Source: Candidatus Saccharimonadota bacterium
GTDB taxonomy: Bacteria; Patescibacteriota; Gracilibacteria; BD1-5; UBA6164
NCBI GenBank assembly: GCA_963677765.1
Contig: OY782392.1
Coordinates: 180,001-212,000, forward strand
Direction of reading: 5' to 3'
Length of the DNA stretch: 32,000 bases
The stretch's first letter is position 1; every line of letters starts with the position of its first letter. A program made the position numbers and the translations under genes. The notes under the pieces are model-generated. The model had not been told where the DNA came from, did not search any database, and worked only from the letters and a program-made list of their open reading frames with translations. Shown here piece by piece: positions 11,402 through 22,310 of this stretch.

Positions 11402-12445
11402 TTAATTTTTATGAAGTTCTTCATTCAAAGTAACTTCGTTAACTTTTTTGATAACTTCGATTGCACCGCTCTGAGAGTTTCTTCTAAAAAGAAGATCACT
11501 AACTCCGCTAAGCTCTGATGCTTTCATAACTGTTGGAAAATTATCATCACCAAGATAGGTAACCTTTGATCCTGCTGTAATATACAGACCAGCTTCAATA
11601 ACACAATTATCACCCAGAGGAATCCCTACACCGGCATTTGCACCAATAAGACAGTTTTCACCAACTGAAATACGGACATTATTACCACCACTAAGAGTAC
11701 CCATAGTTGAGCAACCACCTCCAAGATCACTACCATCACCTACAACAACACCAGCAGAAATTCGACCTTCAATCATTCCTTTTCCAAGAGTACCTGCATT
11801 GAAGTTTACAAAACCTTCATGCATTACAGTAGTACCCTCACCAAGGTAAGCACCTAGACGAATACGAGCACCATCACCTACACGAACACCTGAAGGAACT
11901 ATATGATTAAGCATCTTTGGAAACTTATCCACACTATAAACTTCAAGATTAATACCCTGCACACGAGCATCAAGTTGTTTTTGACTATAGTCTTCAATAG
12001 TCATAGCACCTTGACTTGTCCAAACAAGGTTTGGTAAATTAGCAAAGATACCATTCAAATCGATACAGTTAGGTTTAACCGCTCTAGTAGAAAGCAGTGA
12101 AAGCTTAAGATAAGATTCAAATATATCTTTTGGCGGCTCATCTTTTTCAAGAATAGTTACATAGGCTCTCGATTGAGCTGAACGAACAGTATCAAGAAAA
12201 CTGATAGTTCCAGAATGACCATCGAAGATTTTAATAAGATGGTCAATATTCATTTCCGAAATAGAAAAAGTAGAATTACCACCATCATAAGAAAAAATAT
12301 CAGAACAGATTTTGACAAAATCAGAAACTGCTCCATGATTTTTTTCAGTTTGCAAAAAAGATTTTGCAAAAAAAACTTCAATAACCTCACCTTTGCTATC
12401 AGTTGTAGCAATACCAAGACCAGCTGCGAAAATATTTTTAGACAT
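11402..12445 (-). CDS. dapD: 2,3,4,5-tetrahydropyridine-2,6-dicarboxylate N-succinyltransferase, long gammaproteobacterial-type (compositionally foreign)
   Basis: 347 aa, open in both code 11 and code 25; zero in-frame TGA and every Gly is GGN. ATG 12445 is preceded by AAGGAG (plus ctcctt 12453-12458). The track's longer start at 12517 has no RBS. Hexapeptide beta-helix ...GVRVGDGARIRLGAYLGEGTTVMHEGFVNFNAGTLGKGMIEGRISAGVVVGDGSDLGGGCSTMGTLSGG... and LLFRRNSQSGAIE. From memory these match the ~340-aa Pseudomonas-type DapD closely. Confidence 0.92.
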   Translation of the reverse strand: MSKNIFAAGLGIATTDSKGEVIEVFFAKSFLQTEKNHGAVSDFVKICSDIFSYDGGNSTFSISEMNIDHLIKIFDGHSGTISFLDTVRSAQSRAYVTILEKDEPPKDIFESYLKLSLLSTRAVKPNCIDLNGIFANLPNLVWTSQGAMTIEDYSQKQLDARVQGINLEVYSVDKFPKMLNHIVPSGVRVGDGARIRLGAYLGEGTTVMHEGFVNFNAGTLGKGMIEGRISAGVVVGDGSDLGGGCSTMGTLSGGNNVRISVGENCLIGANAGVGIPLGDNCVIEAGLYITAGSKVTYLGDDNFPTVMKASELSGVSDLLFRRNSQSGAIEVIKKVNEVTLNEELHKN

Positions 12446-12499
12446 TGTATGTCTCCTTTTGTTTTGATTTTTTACACACAAAAAAATTTGGTGAATTTT

Positions 12500-12527
12500 A
12501 TTATAAAAACAAAACAAGATAAGTCAA
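12500..12527 (-). promoter_or_regulatory. Candidate sigma70-type promoter of dapD
   Basis: On the minus strand: TTGACT (12527-12522), 16 nt, TATAAT (12505-12500), about 55 nt upstream of the dapD ATG. Confidence 0.45.
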
Positions 12528-12531
12528 TATT

Positions 12532-12565
12532 AAAAAAATAAGTCTATGAATAGACTTATTTTTTT
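12532..12565 (-). terminator. Intrinsic terminator of the aldehyde dehydrogenase gene
   Basis: AATAAGTCTA-tgaa-TAGACTTATT stem (12537-12560) with flanking A and T runs. Immediately after (and overlapping) the stop at 12564-12566. Confidence 0.7.
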
Positions 12566-13928
12566 AATCAATTATGACTTTTTTATTTGTAAAAGCTTTT
12601 AATCAATCAGGTCAATTTTCTTTACCATATCATGATTTCTTTACTCAACCAAAAGGTAAACTAGCTCTAGATCAAGCAATATTATTTATAAAAATCATAC
12701 CTCAATCAAGTTTTCTAGCAACTGTTTTTGCCTCATCTAAATCATTTCATACAACAACTGCAGATAATCAAAAGTCACTACCGTTAGCAAGTTCTATTGC
12801 TTCATCAATAGTAGAATATTTCATAACAGAAGCAACTGGTCAAAATATCTCTTCATTAAAACTACTAGTTTCTTTTGTAACATCAGCCAATACTGTTGGT
12901 GGGAAAAAATATCACTTTCTATCAATTATTTTTCATCAAGTTACAAGCCTTGCTCAAGTATCAATAGCTTTTTGTACTTGAGATTCTATTTCTAGTATTG
13001 CTTTTTTACTAGATAAAGGCTGAACTTGAGTTTTTTCATCCATTGGATCTCAAATAACTAAAGAAGACATAGCTTCTCAATATTTTTGAACAAATAAATC
13101 ATATTTAGATTCAGGAATCAAAAATCTTTTTGAAGAGTTACAAGCTTGTCAACCATTTCTCATTCTTCAATTAATAGCTAAATCAATAACTTTATCTAAG
13201 TCACTATTTTCTAAAACTACAAAAGCATCATTACCTCATAATTCTAAAACACTAGGTTTCAAATATTTTCAAGCTAAAGATCATACTGCACTACCCGCTC
13301 ATTCACTTCAAGTAAGATTAACTCATGCTATATATTTATTTGATATAATATGTTCACTTAAGCTACTAGAAACGAAAACATTTGTATAAACACCCTCTGG
13401 AAAACCAGCTTTTACAAATAATTCTTCTATTTTTATAGCTGTCATTGGAACATTAGAAGAATGTTTATATATTTGAGTATTACCAGCCAAAATATTTGGA
13501 ACTGCTGCCCTTAATAATTGATTAAAAGGAAAATTCCATGGAGCTACTCAAAATATAACACCGATTGGATCGTATACTTCTTTTACATTAAGTCATTCAG
13601 ATTGGTATTCTTTTTCTTTTAAAATTTCTTCAAAATTATTAGCAAACCATCTTATAAGGTTAGCTGTTTTTTCTAGTCATGCTTTTGAAACATGATTAAG
13701 CATTCACATTTCTACAGTTTCCAATCTAGAACATTCTTCAATATCTTCTTCTAATAAATCAGCTAATTTTAAAAATAATTCTTTTTTATATGAACTACTT
13801 GTTTCCTTCCATGATAAAAAAGCATTATGTGCTTTTTCTATAGCTTGATTAACTTGTTCTTCATCAAGAGTTTCAAATTCTCAATTTAATTCTTCTGTAT
13901 ATGGATCTATTGATTTTAAAATAGACAT
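12564..13928 (-). CDS. NAD(P)-dependent aldehyde dehydrogenase (succinate-semialdehyde dehydrogenase-like)
   Basis: 454 aa. ...[41 protein letters not shown]...[34 protein letters not shown]...RNGGQACNSSKRFLI...EEIFGPVASVMKY...ANGSDFGLSAVV.... Catalytic Cys and the ELGG motif present. The antisense track ORF 12574-12981(+) is a shadow. Confidence 0.88.
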
Positions 13929-13966
13929 AATAATATAGTTATTTTTATAAAATTTATATAGATATA

Positions 13967-15583
13967 CTAATTAATATCTTTTGGATAGTCAAATAAAACA
14001 TCAATTATTTTTAATCATTTTTCTTTATTTGCTTTTTCTAAAGTAGATTTAAAATCATTTTTATTTTCTACTTTATATCAAATTCAACCAAAGCTTTCTG
14101 CTAATTTTATAAAGTCTGGATTTCAAAAATCCATTCACCACATAGGCATATTTCATCATACTTGCTTCCATTTTATCATTCAATAACTTCAGTTATTCAA
14201 AACAACAACAGTTAAGTCAACTCATAACCTTACAACTGTCTCTAAATCACCTAAATTCATTACCAATCAACCATCTCAAGTAACAACCACTACATTTTTA
14301 TCTGGGTTAATTCTTTTTGCTTCTAATCATGATGCAACTCAAGCCCCCATAGTTGCAAGTGCATTATCAAGTAAAAGTGTATTAGCTTCATAAGTAGTAT
14401 AATTTCTAGCAAACCATACTTTATACAATCCATTATCCAAAGCTACAATATCATCTTTATTTAAAACTTCTCTAACATCTTTTACTAACTTTCTTGGTCA
14501 TAAAATATTATTTCACATATCTTCAGATTCTATATTTTTATTTATTAGTTCAAAATAAGAATCTCTTGTTTTATAAATATCAGAAAAATCCCAAGATTGG
14601 TTAATTTGTGCTTCATATAATTGCCAAAAAGTATTTCAAATATCTCAAACTATTTCTAAATAAGGACTATATGTAGAATCAGAGTTAGTTTCATAAAAAT
14701 TAACATGTATTGTTTTTATTAATCATGCTCATATCAAATGAGTTGGTTTTTCTACTGGATCATATCAAACTGATATAATTAAGTCAGATTTTTTTATAGC
14801 ATCATGTAGATAATCTCAGCTAGAAACAGCTGCCGTTCAAAGATATTGAGTTTTTGATTCATCAACTACTCATTTTCACATTTGTGAATTAAAAAATGGA
14901 ATATTATATTTCTCTATAAAAAGAGATAAGTATTTAGTTATTCTTTTTCTATTTGCTCATGCTCATATAAGAATAATTGGAGATTTAGCTTTTTCTAATT
15001 CTCATACCAAAGTTTTTATAGATTTTTCATCTATAACTGGTCTTCTAACTCTACTAGTTATAAAGTTTATTCATTCATCTCAAGCTTCTTCTGCAGCAAT
15101 ATCTTCAGGTAATTCTATAGCTACAGCTCATGGTCTTTCTCAAATAGCTAAATCAATTGCATTATTCAATATAAAAGGTATTCTTTCAGGACCAATTATA
15201 GATTTTGAACATTTTACTATAGGTCTCATCATAGCTACAACATCGATAATTTGAAAAAATCATTGTTTTGATTTTTTTATTGGTTTTTGACCAGTAATAA
15301 CCATTATAGGAAAACCTCATAATTGAGCATAAGCAACTCAAGTAACCATATTAGTAGCACCAGGTCATAGAGTAGCTAAAGCAACACCAATTTCTCAAGT
15401 TAGTCTACCATAAGTAGCAGCCATAAAAACAGCAGTTTGCTCATTTCTAGTAAGTATAAGTTCTATTTTTCAAGATTTTCTTATGCTATCAACTAAATCC
15501 AAATTTTCTTCTCAAGGAACTCAATATATAACTTTAACTCATCTATTTATAAGAGTTTTAACAAATAAATCACTTGCTTTCAT
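13967..15583 (-). CDS. Thiamine-diphosphate-dependent enzyme, acetolactate synthase-like
   Basis: 538 aa. MKASDLFVKTLINRGVKVIYGVPGEENLDLVDS...LTRNEQTAVFMAATYGRLTGEIGVALATLGPGATNMVTGVAYAQLGGFPIMVITGQ...VVVVTGDGGLVMNLGDLETVVRLGVDLTVVVLNNGSYGMIKW.... The ThDP GDG-(x)n-NN motif is present. Stop TAG (plus cta 13967-13969). Only 38 nt before the ALDH start, so likely an operon. Confidence 0.87.
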
Positions 15584-15664
15584 TTTTTTTATTTATAAAT
15601 TTAAATTTATTAGTGCTATATTTTATATAGTAAAATAAAAAAATCAAATTTAATTTATAATTAT

Positions 15665-15701
15665 AAAAAACATAGTGTATTTTAAATACACTATGTTTTT
15701 T
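15665..15701 (-). terminator. Intrinsic terminator of ppk2
   Basis: CATAGTGTAT-tttaa-ATACACTATG stem (15671-15695), extended by A6/T6 runs. Confidence 0.7.
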
Positions 15702-15705
15702 TATT

Positions 15706-16698
15706 TTATTTTTTAGTATAACTATAAGATTCTTCATCAAAAATCATATTTTCTTTCATAGAATCAATTTCTTCTTGTTCTTCACTAGTTAATTCTTTGA
15801 AATTAAATTCACTTTTCATTTTATCTAAATATCATTTTTCATTCATTCTTTTTAACTCTTCTGTAGCTGTTCTAGATATATCTCTATTTGGTGATAAGTC
15901 TATAGATAAATCTTTTTGTACTATTTTTGCAACCTCATCTGTTGTATTAATTATAGATTTTATGATTTCTATAGAAGATAACCATTTTTCATTTGAATCA
16001 AGAACTGTCCAAGGAGCATGCTCACTATCTGTTAATTCTAGTATTTTAGCTTTTGCCAAAGTATAGTAATTCCATTTTTCTTGAGCTACTTTATCAATTG
16101 GACTTGATTTCCATCTTTTTCTAGCTGATTCTCTTTTTCTTAGTCTTTCTTTTTGAGTTTCTTTTGTTACTGATAAATAAACTTTTATAAATTTAATTCA
16201 TTCATCTATTATTTGTGATTTTTCAAATTCGTTTACATTAGCCATAAACCAATCATACTCTTCTTGTGTACAAAATCACATTGCAGCTTCAACTCAAGCT
16301 CTGTTATACCAAGATCTATCAAAAAATGCTACTTCTCATTCTTTTGGAAAATGATCCATATATCTTCTAAACCAATTATGTTCAAATTTTTGTTCAGCAC
16401 TTGGAATTCAAAATGCTATTTCGCTATATCTTTTTATATCAAAATATTCAGTTACTCTTTTTATATTACTCCCCTTTCAAGCAGTATCTCTACCATCAAG
16501 AGTTACTATAACTTTTTGTTTTGTATCATTTGTATGTTCTGCCCATAAAGATAATGCTCATCTATATTCATTCAATACTTGTAATTGGTCATCTTGTTCA
16601 GCTAAATGCATCAACTCTCAAAGACTTCTTCATGTTAGTTTTCTAAGTAATAATTCTGCTTCACTATCAATTAATCAAGAATTTTTATGTATATTCAT
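15706..16698 (-). CDS. ppk2: Polyphosphate kinase 2 family protein
   Basis: 330 aa. ...VIVTLDGRDTAGKGSNIKRVTEYF...[27 protein letters not shown]...GIKFIKVYLSVTKETQKERLRKRESARKRWKSSPID...EHAPWTVLDSNEKW.... Walker-A-like DGRDxAGKG and the FDRSWYNR motif present. C-terminal acidic tail. Confidence 0.9.
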
Positions 16699-16804
16699 AT
16701 ATTTATATAAGAATTTAAATTATATATTTTTAAAGACAAAAAAGACTATACATATATTTTTATATTTGTCAATACTTTTAATATAAAAATTATAATAGTC
16801 AATA

Positions 16805-16834
16805 ATAAAAGTCCTTATATATAAGGACTTTTAT
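16805..16834 (-). terminator. Intrinsic terminator of thrS
   Basis: ATAAAAGTCCTTATAT/ATATAAGGACTTTTAT palindromic hairpin directly after the thrS stop (16843-16845). A T-rich tract follows on the minus strand. Confidence 0.7.
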
Positions 16835-16842
16835 TATTTTTA

Positions 16843-18717
16843 TTAAAGAGCTTTATTTTCAATCTCTTCTAATATTCTAGATTTAAAATCAGATAATTTT
16901 TCAACTGTTTGTTCTTTTGTTTTATAATTTCTAACTGAAACAGTTCAATCTGTTTCTTCTTGTTCACCTATAACTAATATATAATTGTTATGCATTTTTT
17001 CAGCATTTCTAACTTTTTTATTAAGTCAATCAGTAGAAAAGTCTCATGAAGCTCTTATTCAAGAATTTCTTAATTCTTTTAATACAGATTCTGCATAATC
17101 ATCAAATTTTGGTAAAACAGGAATTATAGTTACTTGTCTTGGAGATAACCATAAAGGAAATACTCAAGCAAAATGTTCAATTAATACTCACATTCATCTT
17201 TCTAAACTACCAGAAATAGCTCTATGAATTACTACAGGCCTTTCTTGTTCGTTTTTTTCATTTGTAAAACTCAAATCAAATCTATTTGGTAGATTAAAGT
17301 CACATTGAATTGTTGCTAATTGCCATTCTCTTCATATAGCATCTTTGAACATAAAATCCAATTTAGGACCATAAAAAGCTGCTTCTCATTCTACTCTCTT
17401 GTAAGGTAATTCATTTTCAATACTAGCTTGTTCTAATGCAGTTTCTGCTTGTTGCCAAACTTCTTCACCTCATAAATATTTTGATTTATCTTCACCTCTA
17501 ACAGATAAAGAAACCCAATATTCATCAGTCATACCCAAAGTAGTATAATATTCTTTTATAATATCAGTAATTGCCTTAACTTCGTCTTTTATTTGATTTA
17601 CTCTACAAAATAAATGTCCATCATCTTGAGTAATTGCTCTTACCCTAGTAAGACCTGAAAGTTGACCAGATTTTTCATCTCTATATACAGTTGCTGGTTC
17701 AAAATATCTTACTGGCATGTCTCTGTAACTAAATTGATTATCAGCGAATAATTGCATATGATGAGGACAGTTCATTGGTTTTAAGAAAAATGTTTCTTTA
17801 CTTGTACCTCCAAAAACTTTGAACATATCTTCTAAATAATGACCTGCATGTCATGAAGTTTCATATAAAGATTCTTTTGCTAAGTGTGGAGTCCATACTC
17901 TTTCATATCATCTATTTTTATGTAAATCCCATAAATATTTTTCTATTTCTTGTCTGATAATCATACCAGCTGGTTGCATAAGAGGTAAACCAGGACCTAT
18001 CAAATCAGAAATAGTAAATAACTTAAGTTTTTGACCTATTATTCTATGATCTCTTTTTTTAGCTTCTTCCAACATTTTTAGATGTGAATCTAACTCATCT
18101 TTTGTATCAAAAGCATAAGCATATATTCTAGTTAATTGTTTATTTTCAGCATTTCATAACCAATAAGCTCAAGCTACTCTAGCTAGTTTGAAACTATTTG
18201 GATCTAACTCTTTTGTATTAGATACATGAGGACCAGTACACATATCTATAAATTTTAAAGTTTTTTGTTGATCTCAATCTAGTTCTTCGAATTTTTCAAA
18301 ATTATTATTTATTAAAAAACTTTGTAATTCTTCATTTGAAGATTTTCATTTAGATACATTAAAATAAAAACTAATTTTATCAGATAATTTTTCTGAATTT
18401 TTAAATTCTCAACTTTCAAATCTATCTATTAATTCAGTTTTGAATTCTTCATCCATAGCAGTTAATATTTTTCTAGCAGAAGAATAATCAGTTTCAAATT
18501 TTTTGAATTCTTGATTTTGAGTTATTATTTTTTTCATAGATTTTTCTATTTTTTTCAAGTCTTTATCTGAAAACTCTATATCTCAAAAATCAAAATCATA
18601 ATAAAAACCATCTTCTGTATCTGGTCAAGTAGCTATTTTTGCACTTGGAAAATTTTGTTTAACAGCCTGAGCCATTATATGAGCAAGAGAATGCCTTTTT
18701 GTAGATAAATTAGTCAT
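16843..18717 (-). CDS. thrS: Threonine--tRNA ligase (no N-terminal TGS domain)
   Basis: 624 aa. Starts [24 protein letters not shown] (the HxxxH editing-domain entry, so the ~60-aa TGS domain is absent). ...[13 protein letters not shown]...[27 protein letters not shown]...KSKYLGGEEVW...FYGPKLDF...[14 protein letters not shown]...[23 protein letters not shown].... TGA falls on conserved Gly positions. Confidence 0.95.
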
Positions 18718-18761
18718 AAATACTGATATTTTTATAAATTAAATTTTTTTTAAGCAAAATA

Positions 18762-18793
18762 AAAGCTCTTATTTATTTCTAAATAAGAGCTTT
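18762..18793 (-). promoter_or_regulatory. Terminator-like hairpin inside the thrS 5' leader (possible attenuator)
   Basis: On the minus strand: AAAGCTCTTATTTA-gaaa-TAAATAAGAGCTTT followed by TATTTTGCTT, about 45 nt upstream of the thrS ATG. No upstream minus-strand gene for it to terminate. Candidate promoter TTGACA (18953-18948), N16, TATATT (18931-18926). Confidence 0.4.
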
Positions 18794-19085
18794 GCTATTA
18801 GTATATTTTTATATTATTCCTTATACACAACAAAAATCCCCTATTTAATATAGAAGTAATTAGTTGCAGTTATGGTTACAAGTCATGCTAGGTTCACAAT
18901 GCCTTATTAAGAAATAATTAACATTAATATATATATTATAAAAAAAATGTCAAAAAAGTATTTCAAAAAATAGCAAAAAACATTATAAAAAAATGTCAAA
19001 ATGTTTTTTTATTAAAATTATATAAAAAATACTTTTTTTAGTATAATAATGGCACTTTTTTTGTTTTATAATATTAAACTGGCTT

Positions 19086-21596
19086 ATGAATAAAAAAGCT
19101 TTTTCTTTTGTAGAAATAATTATAAGTATTTCTATACTTGTTGTTCTAGCTATAGTAGCTACTACAGCAACAAGCAATATAAAAAATAACTCTAATAATT
19201 CTAGAGTTATAGCTGACTTGGCTACTATTAAAAATGGTTTCATTTCATATAGTAATGAAGGAGCTACTCTTGCTGATCCACAAGGTAATAAAAACTTCTA
19301 TACTCAAGATTGAAGTTATGCTCATGATAGATCTGAAGCTTTTTGAGTTTACTGAAAAGTAACTGAAAATACTATAGAAAATAGATATTTAAATATTGTT
19401 CCTTTAGATCCAAGAACTAACCAATATTATAGTTATTGAGTTGCTATTGATTCTAATCAATTTGAAGTTGCTTGAGTTCTTTTTAACGAAGAATGACATA
19501 GAGCAAAAGTTGAAGGTAACTATTCTGCTGAAAACTGAATCTACAATCTTATAAGAGAACATAATTGAAATAACTTTGTTATTGATAAATGACCTTATCT
19601 TCCTTATAACCCAGAAGAAAGAATTCTTACTGCTAGAGACTGAGATTGAAATGTTTATTATGTTTGAGATGAAATAGTAAATAATAGTTCATATAATATG
19701 GAAATTTACTTTTCTGATTGATCTACATCTGTTATCACTCCAAGTACTAGTATAGTTCTTGCTGAAATGGACTTCCCTAAAGATAACAATCTAGTTTCTA
19801 AGGTAAAAATATTTTTAGAAGCTGGTAGTATATGGACTCAAGCTACTTCTCTTGATAATGAATCTAGTTTTGATATATTTACTAGTGATACTACAGCATC
19901 TGTTAGATGAACTATTTTTGCAGTTAATACTGATGGTACAAATACAGAAGTATTAGTTGAAAAATGAGAAGTTGAAGTTAAGAAAAATCCTATACTTTTT
20001 ATAAAAGAAGATATATTAGTTAAACCTTCTATAATATCTAATCAAGTAGAATCTATTAAAACTGATATATCTATAGATCCATTTCAAATTATAAAAGATG
20101 ATACTGATTTCACAAAGGTTAAAAAAATCAATATGACTAATCCTAATTCTATTATAGAATCAGAAATAGAAGAAGTAAAAAATGTATACTTCTCAAATTG
20201 ATCATTTAATACAAATATATTAGATAATAACTTAATAAGCAATATTGATAATAGCTTTATTGCTGAAAATAATATAAATAATATATGAAAAAGTTGTTAT
20301 TTAGAATGAGTAAAAATAGAAGATTGAGAAACATGAACTGGATTCTTATATAAAGAAGATGATACTTGTACAGATTATATTACTAGAACATGTAATAACT
20401 GAATTCTTGAATGAGATAGTAACTATAAATTTTTCTGATGTAAAAAACCTGAAAAATGTAGCACATCTTATACTAATTCTTTGAATATATGATTAGAAAC
20501 TTATAATTTTAATTTATGATTTTGAGAATTAAATACAAATAAATGAGACTTAACATCATGAGTATTATCAGAACCTAAATTCAATATATCAAATTGACAT
20601 AAAAGATTACAAATGGATTTAGAATGTGCTAATGATTTAACTTATACTCCAATATGAGCTCCTACTGAAATAATTTATTGTGATACTTGATATGAAGAAG
20701 ATGATTGAGCATGTGTTTCTGTTTGTAATTGATTACAATTATGATTATGAGCTTTATGATCTGTATGTATACAACCAATACAATTATTTCATGATAATTG
20801 ATATGATTTAGTTAGTTATATCTGATATGACAATTTCAATGAAAATACAGCAAATAATAATGATTGATTTAATTCATCTTTTAATATAATTTGAGATTGA
20901 AGTTTATATAACTGAACTCAAGTTATGTATTGATCAAATAGATGGATTCCAGAATATACTTGAATATTTAATACACCTAACTGATGATGTTCACATCATT
21001 GTTGAATATGAATAAAACCTAGTTCAATAAACTGACTTTCATTTAATAATAAAAATCATATTATAAAAGATACTAATCCTTCAAATTGACCAGTATATTG
21101 AGTATATTTAGATAGGGCTGGTAATGATAGTTATCTTAAATATGAATGATTAAATTTATGAAATACAGATGTAGATGATTTTAAAATTGAGATATCTACT
21201 AGATGAAGATCTTTAAAAAGTAATAATGCTAATAAATATTATTTATTTTCAAATGATAGTTGAAATGTAAATCTATTCTTAAAAGATTGAAGACTATATT
21301 ACTATGATGGAATATCACATAATATGATAACTAATAGCTTATCTATTGATAATCATGAATATTACAAAGTTGTATTTGAAAGATATTATAACCAACAGGC
21401 TCATAATAATAGCCATTATACAAAATTAAGTATTTTAGATAAAGATAATAATGTAATTGCTAGTCAAAACAACTCATGAGTTAACAGTTGAACAAATAGA
21501 TTTTGAAGTAAAATATATATAGCTAGTGATAAAAATAAATCTAATCAATGGGAAGATATTATTGATTATGTAAAAATATATAAAAAAGATATGTAA
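19086..21596 (+). CDS. Type IV pilin/pseudopilin-headed giant protein with Cys-rich middle and LamG/ConA-like C-terminal region
   Basis: 836 aa. N-term MNKKAFSFVEIIISISILVVLAIVATTA is a class III (prepilin) signal: short basic leader, cleavage before F, Glu at +5, hydrophobic helix. Middle region has many Cys. C-term ...KYYLFSNDSGNVNLFLKDGRLYYYDGISHNMITNSLSIDNHEYYKVVFER...IYIASD... resembles a LamG-type beta-sandwich (tentative). Checked codon by codon: no in-frame TAA/TAG. Stop TAA 21594-21596. Confidence 0.85.
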
Positions 21597-21626
21597 AAAT
21601 ATATACAAAATAATTTTGTTTTTTAT

Positions 21627-21666
21627 AAAAAAGATAGTAAAGTAATAAAAACTTACTATCTTTTTA
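21627..21666 (+). terminator. Intrinsic terminator after the pilin-like gene
   Basis: AAGATAGTAA (21631-21640) / TTACTATCTT (21653-21662) 10-bp stem followed by TTTATTTATT. Confidence 0.6.
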
Positions 21667-21678
21667 TTTATTAGAATA

Positions 21679-22296
21679 ATGGAAAACAAACAAATCTTTG
21701 ATATAATAGTAAAATCAAATATTGTAAACTTAGAAAAAGTACTAAAAAATATAAAAAATGATAAACAAAAAGAACAAATAAAAAATATGTTTGAGAAGCA
21801 TATGCAAGAAATAGCAAAATATTGTATAGAAAACTTTTATAACAAAGACTTATTAGATGAAAAATTTATAAAATGACTACACTTAATTCATTATCCAAAA
21901 TGATATATAGAAAAACAAAAAACTATATCTTGAGATGCAGAAATAGTTACAATGATACCATGAAATTATAAAACATTAAAAAATTTTGACTGGGTATTAG
22001 TAAAAGATGTAAAAGAAGAAATGAATAAATTAATAAATAATTATAATTTATCGGATAAAAAAGAAGATGATATTTATGATTTTTTATTAAACTTTTTAAG
22101 AATACATCCTTTTTGAAACTGAAATGCAAGAGTATTATCTATAATAGTAGATTTGATGCTTATTAAAAATAATTATCCTGAGTTAAACTTTAATTTAAAA
22201 CAATACAAAGATAAGGAAAATATAAAAAATTTGATTGTAGAATGAATTAAAGAAAGAAATCATAAAGAAATAATAAAAAAAATAAAAGAGCTTTAA
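21679..22296 (+). CDS. Fic/DOC family protein with degenerate active-site motif
   Basis: 205 aa. Motif IHPFGNGNARVLS at 22105-22131 (canonical HxFx[D/E]GNGRxxR); both Gly flanking the first Asn are TGA codons. Stop TAA 22294-22296. Confidence 0.78.
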
Positions 22297-22310
22297 GCTC
22301 TTTTATTTTT
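22282..22310. terminator. Bidirectional terminator between Fic gene and convergent adhesin gene
   Basis: AAAAGAGC-tttaa-GCTCTTTT hairpin (22284-22304) overlapping the Fic stop. T-run on plus, A-run on minus. Confidence 0.65.

Noticed and set aside
12215-12981. Track ORFs 12215-12541(+) and 12574-12981(+)
   Set aside because: They are antisense shadows of dapD and of the aldehyde dehydrogenase gene. Their translations are low-complexity with no motifs, while the opposite strand encodes well-recognised proteins.
18718-18953. T-box riboswitch upstream of thrS
   Set aside because: I could not find the conserved T-box sequence (…GGUGGNACCGCG-like) or any UGGN bulge able to pair with a tRNA 3' end. 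I report it only as an unclassified leader/attenuator candidate.
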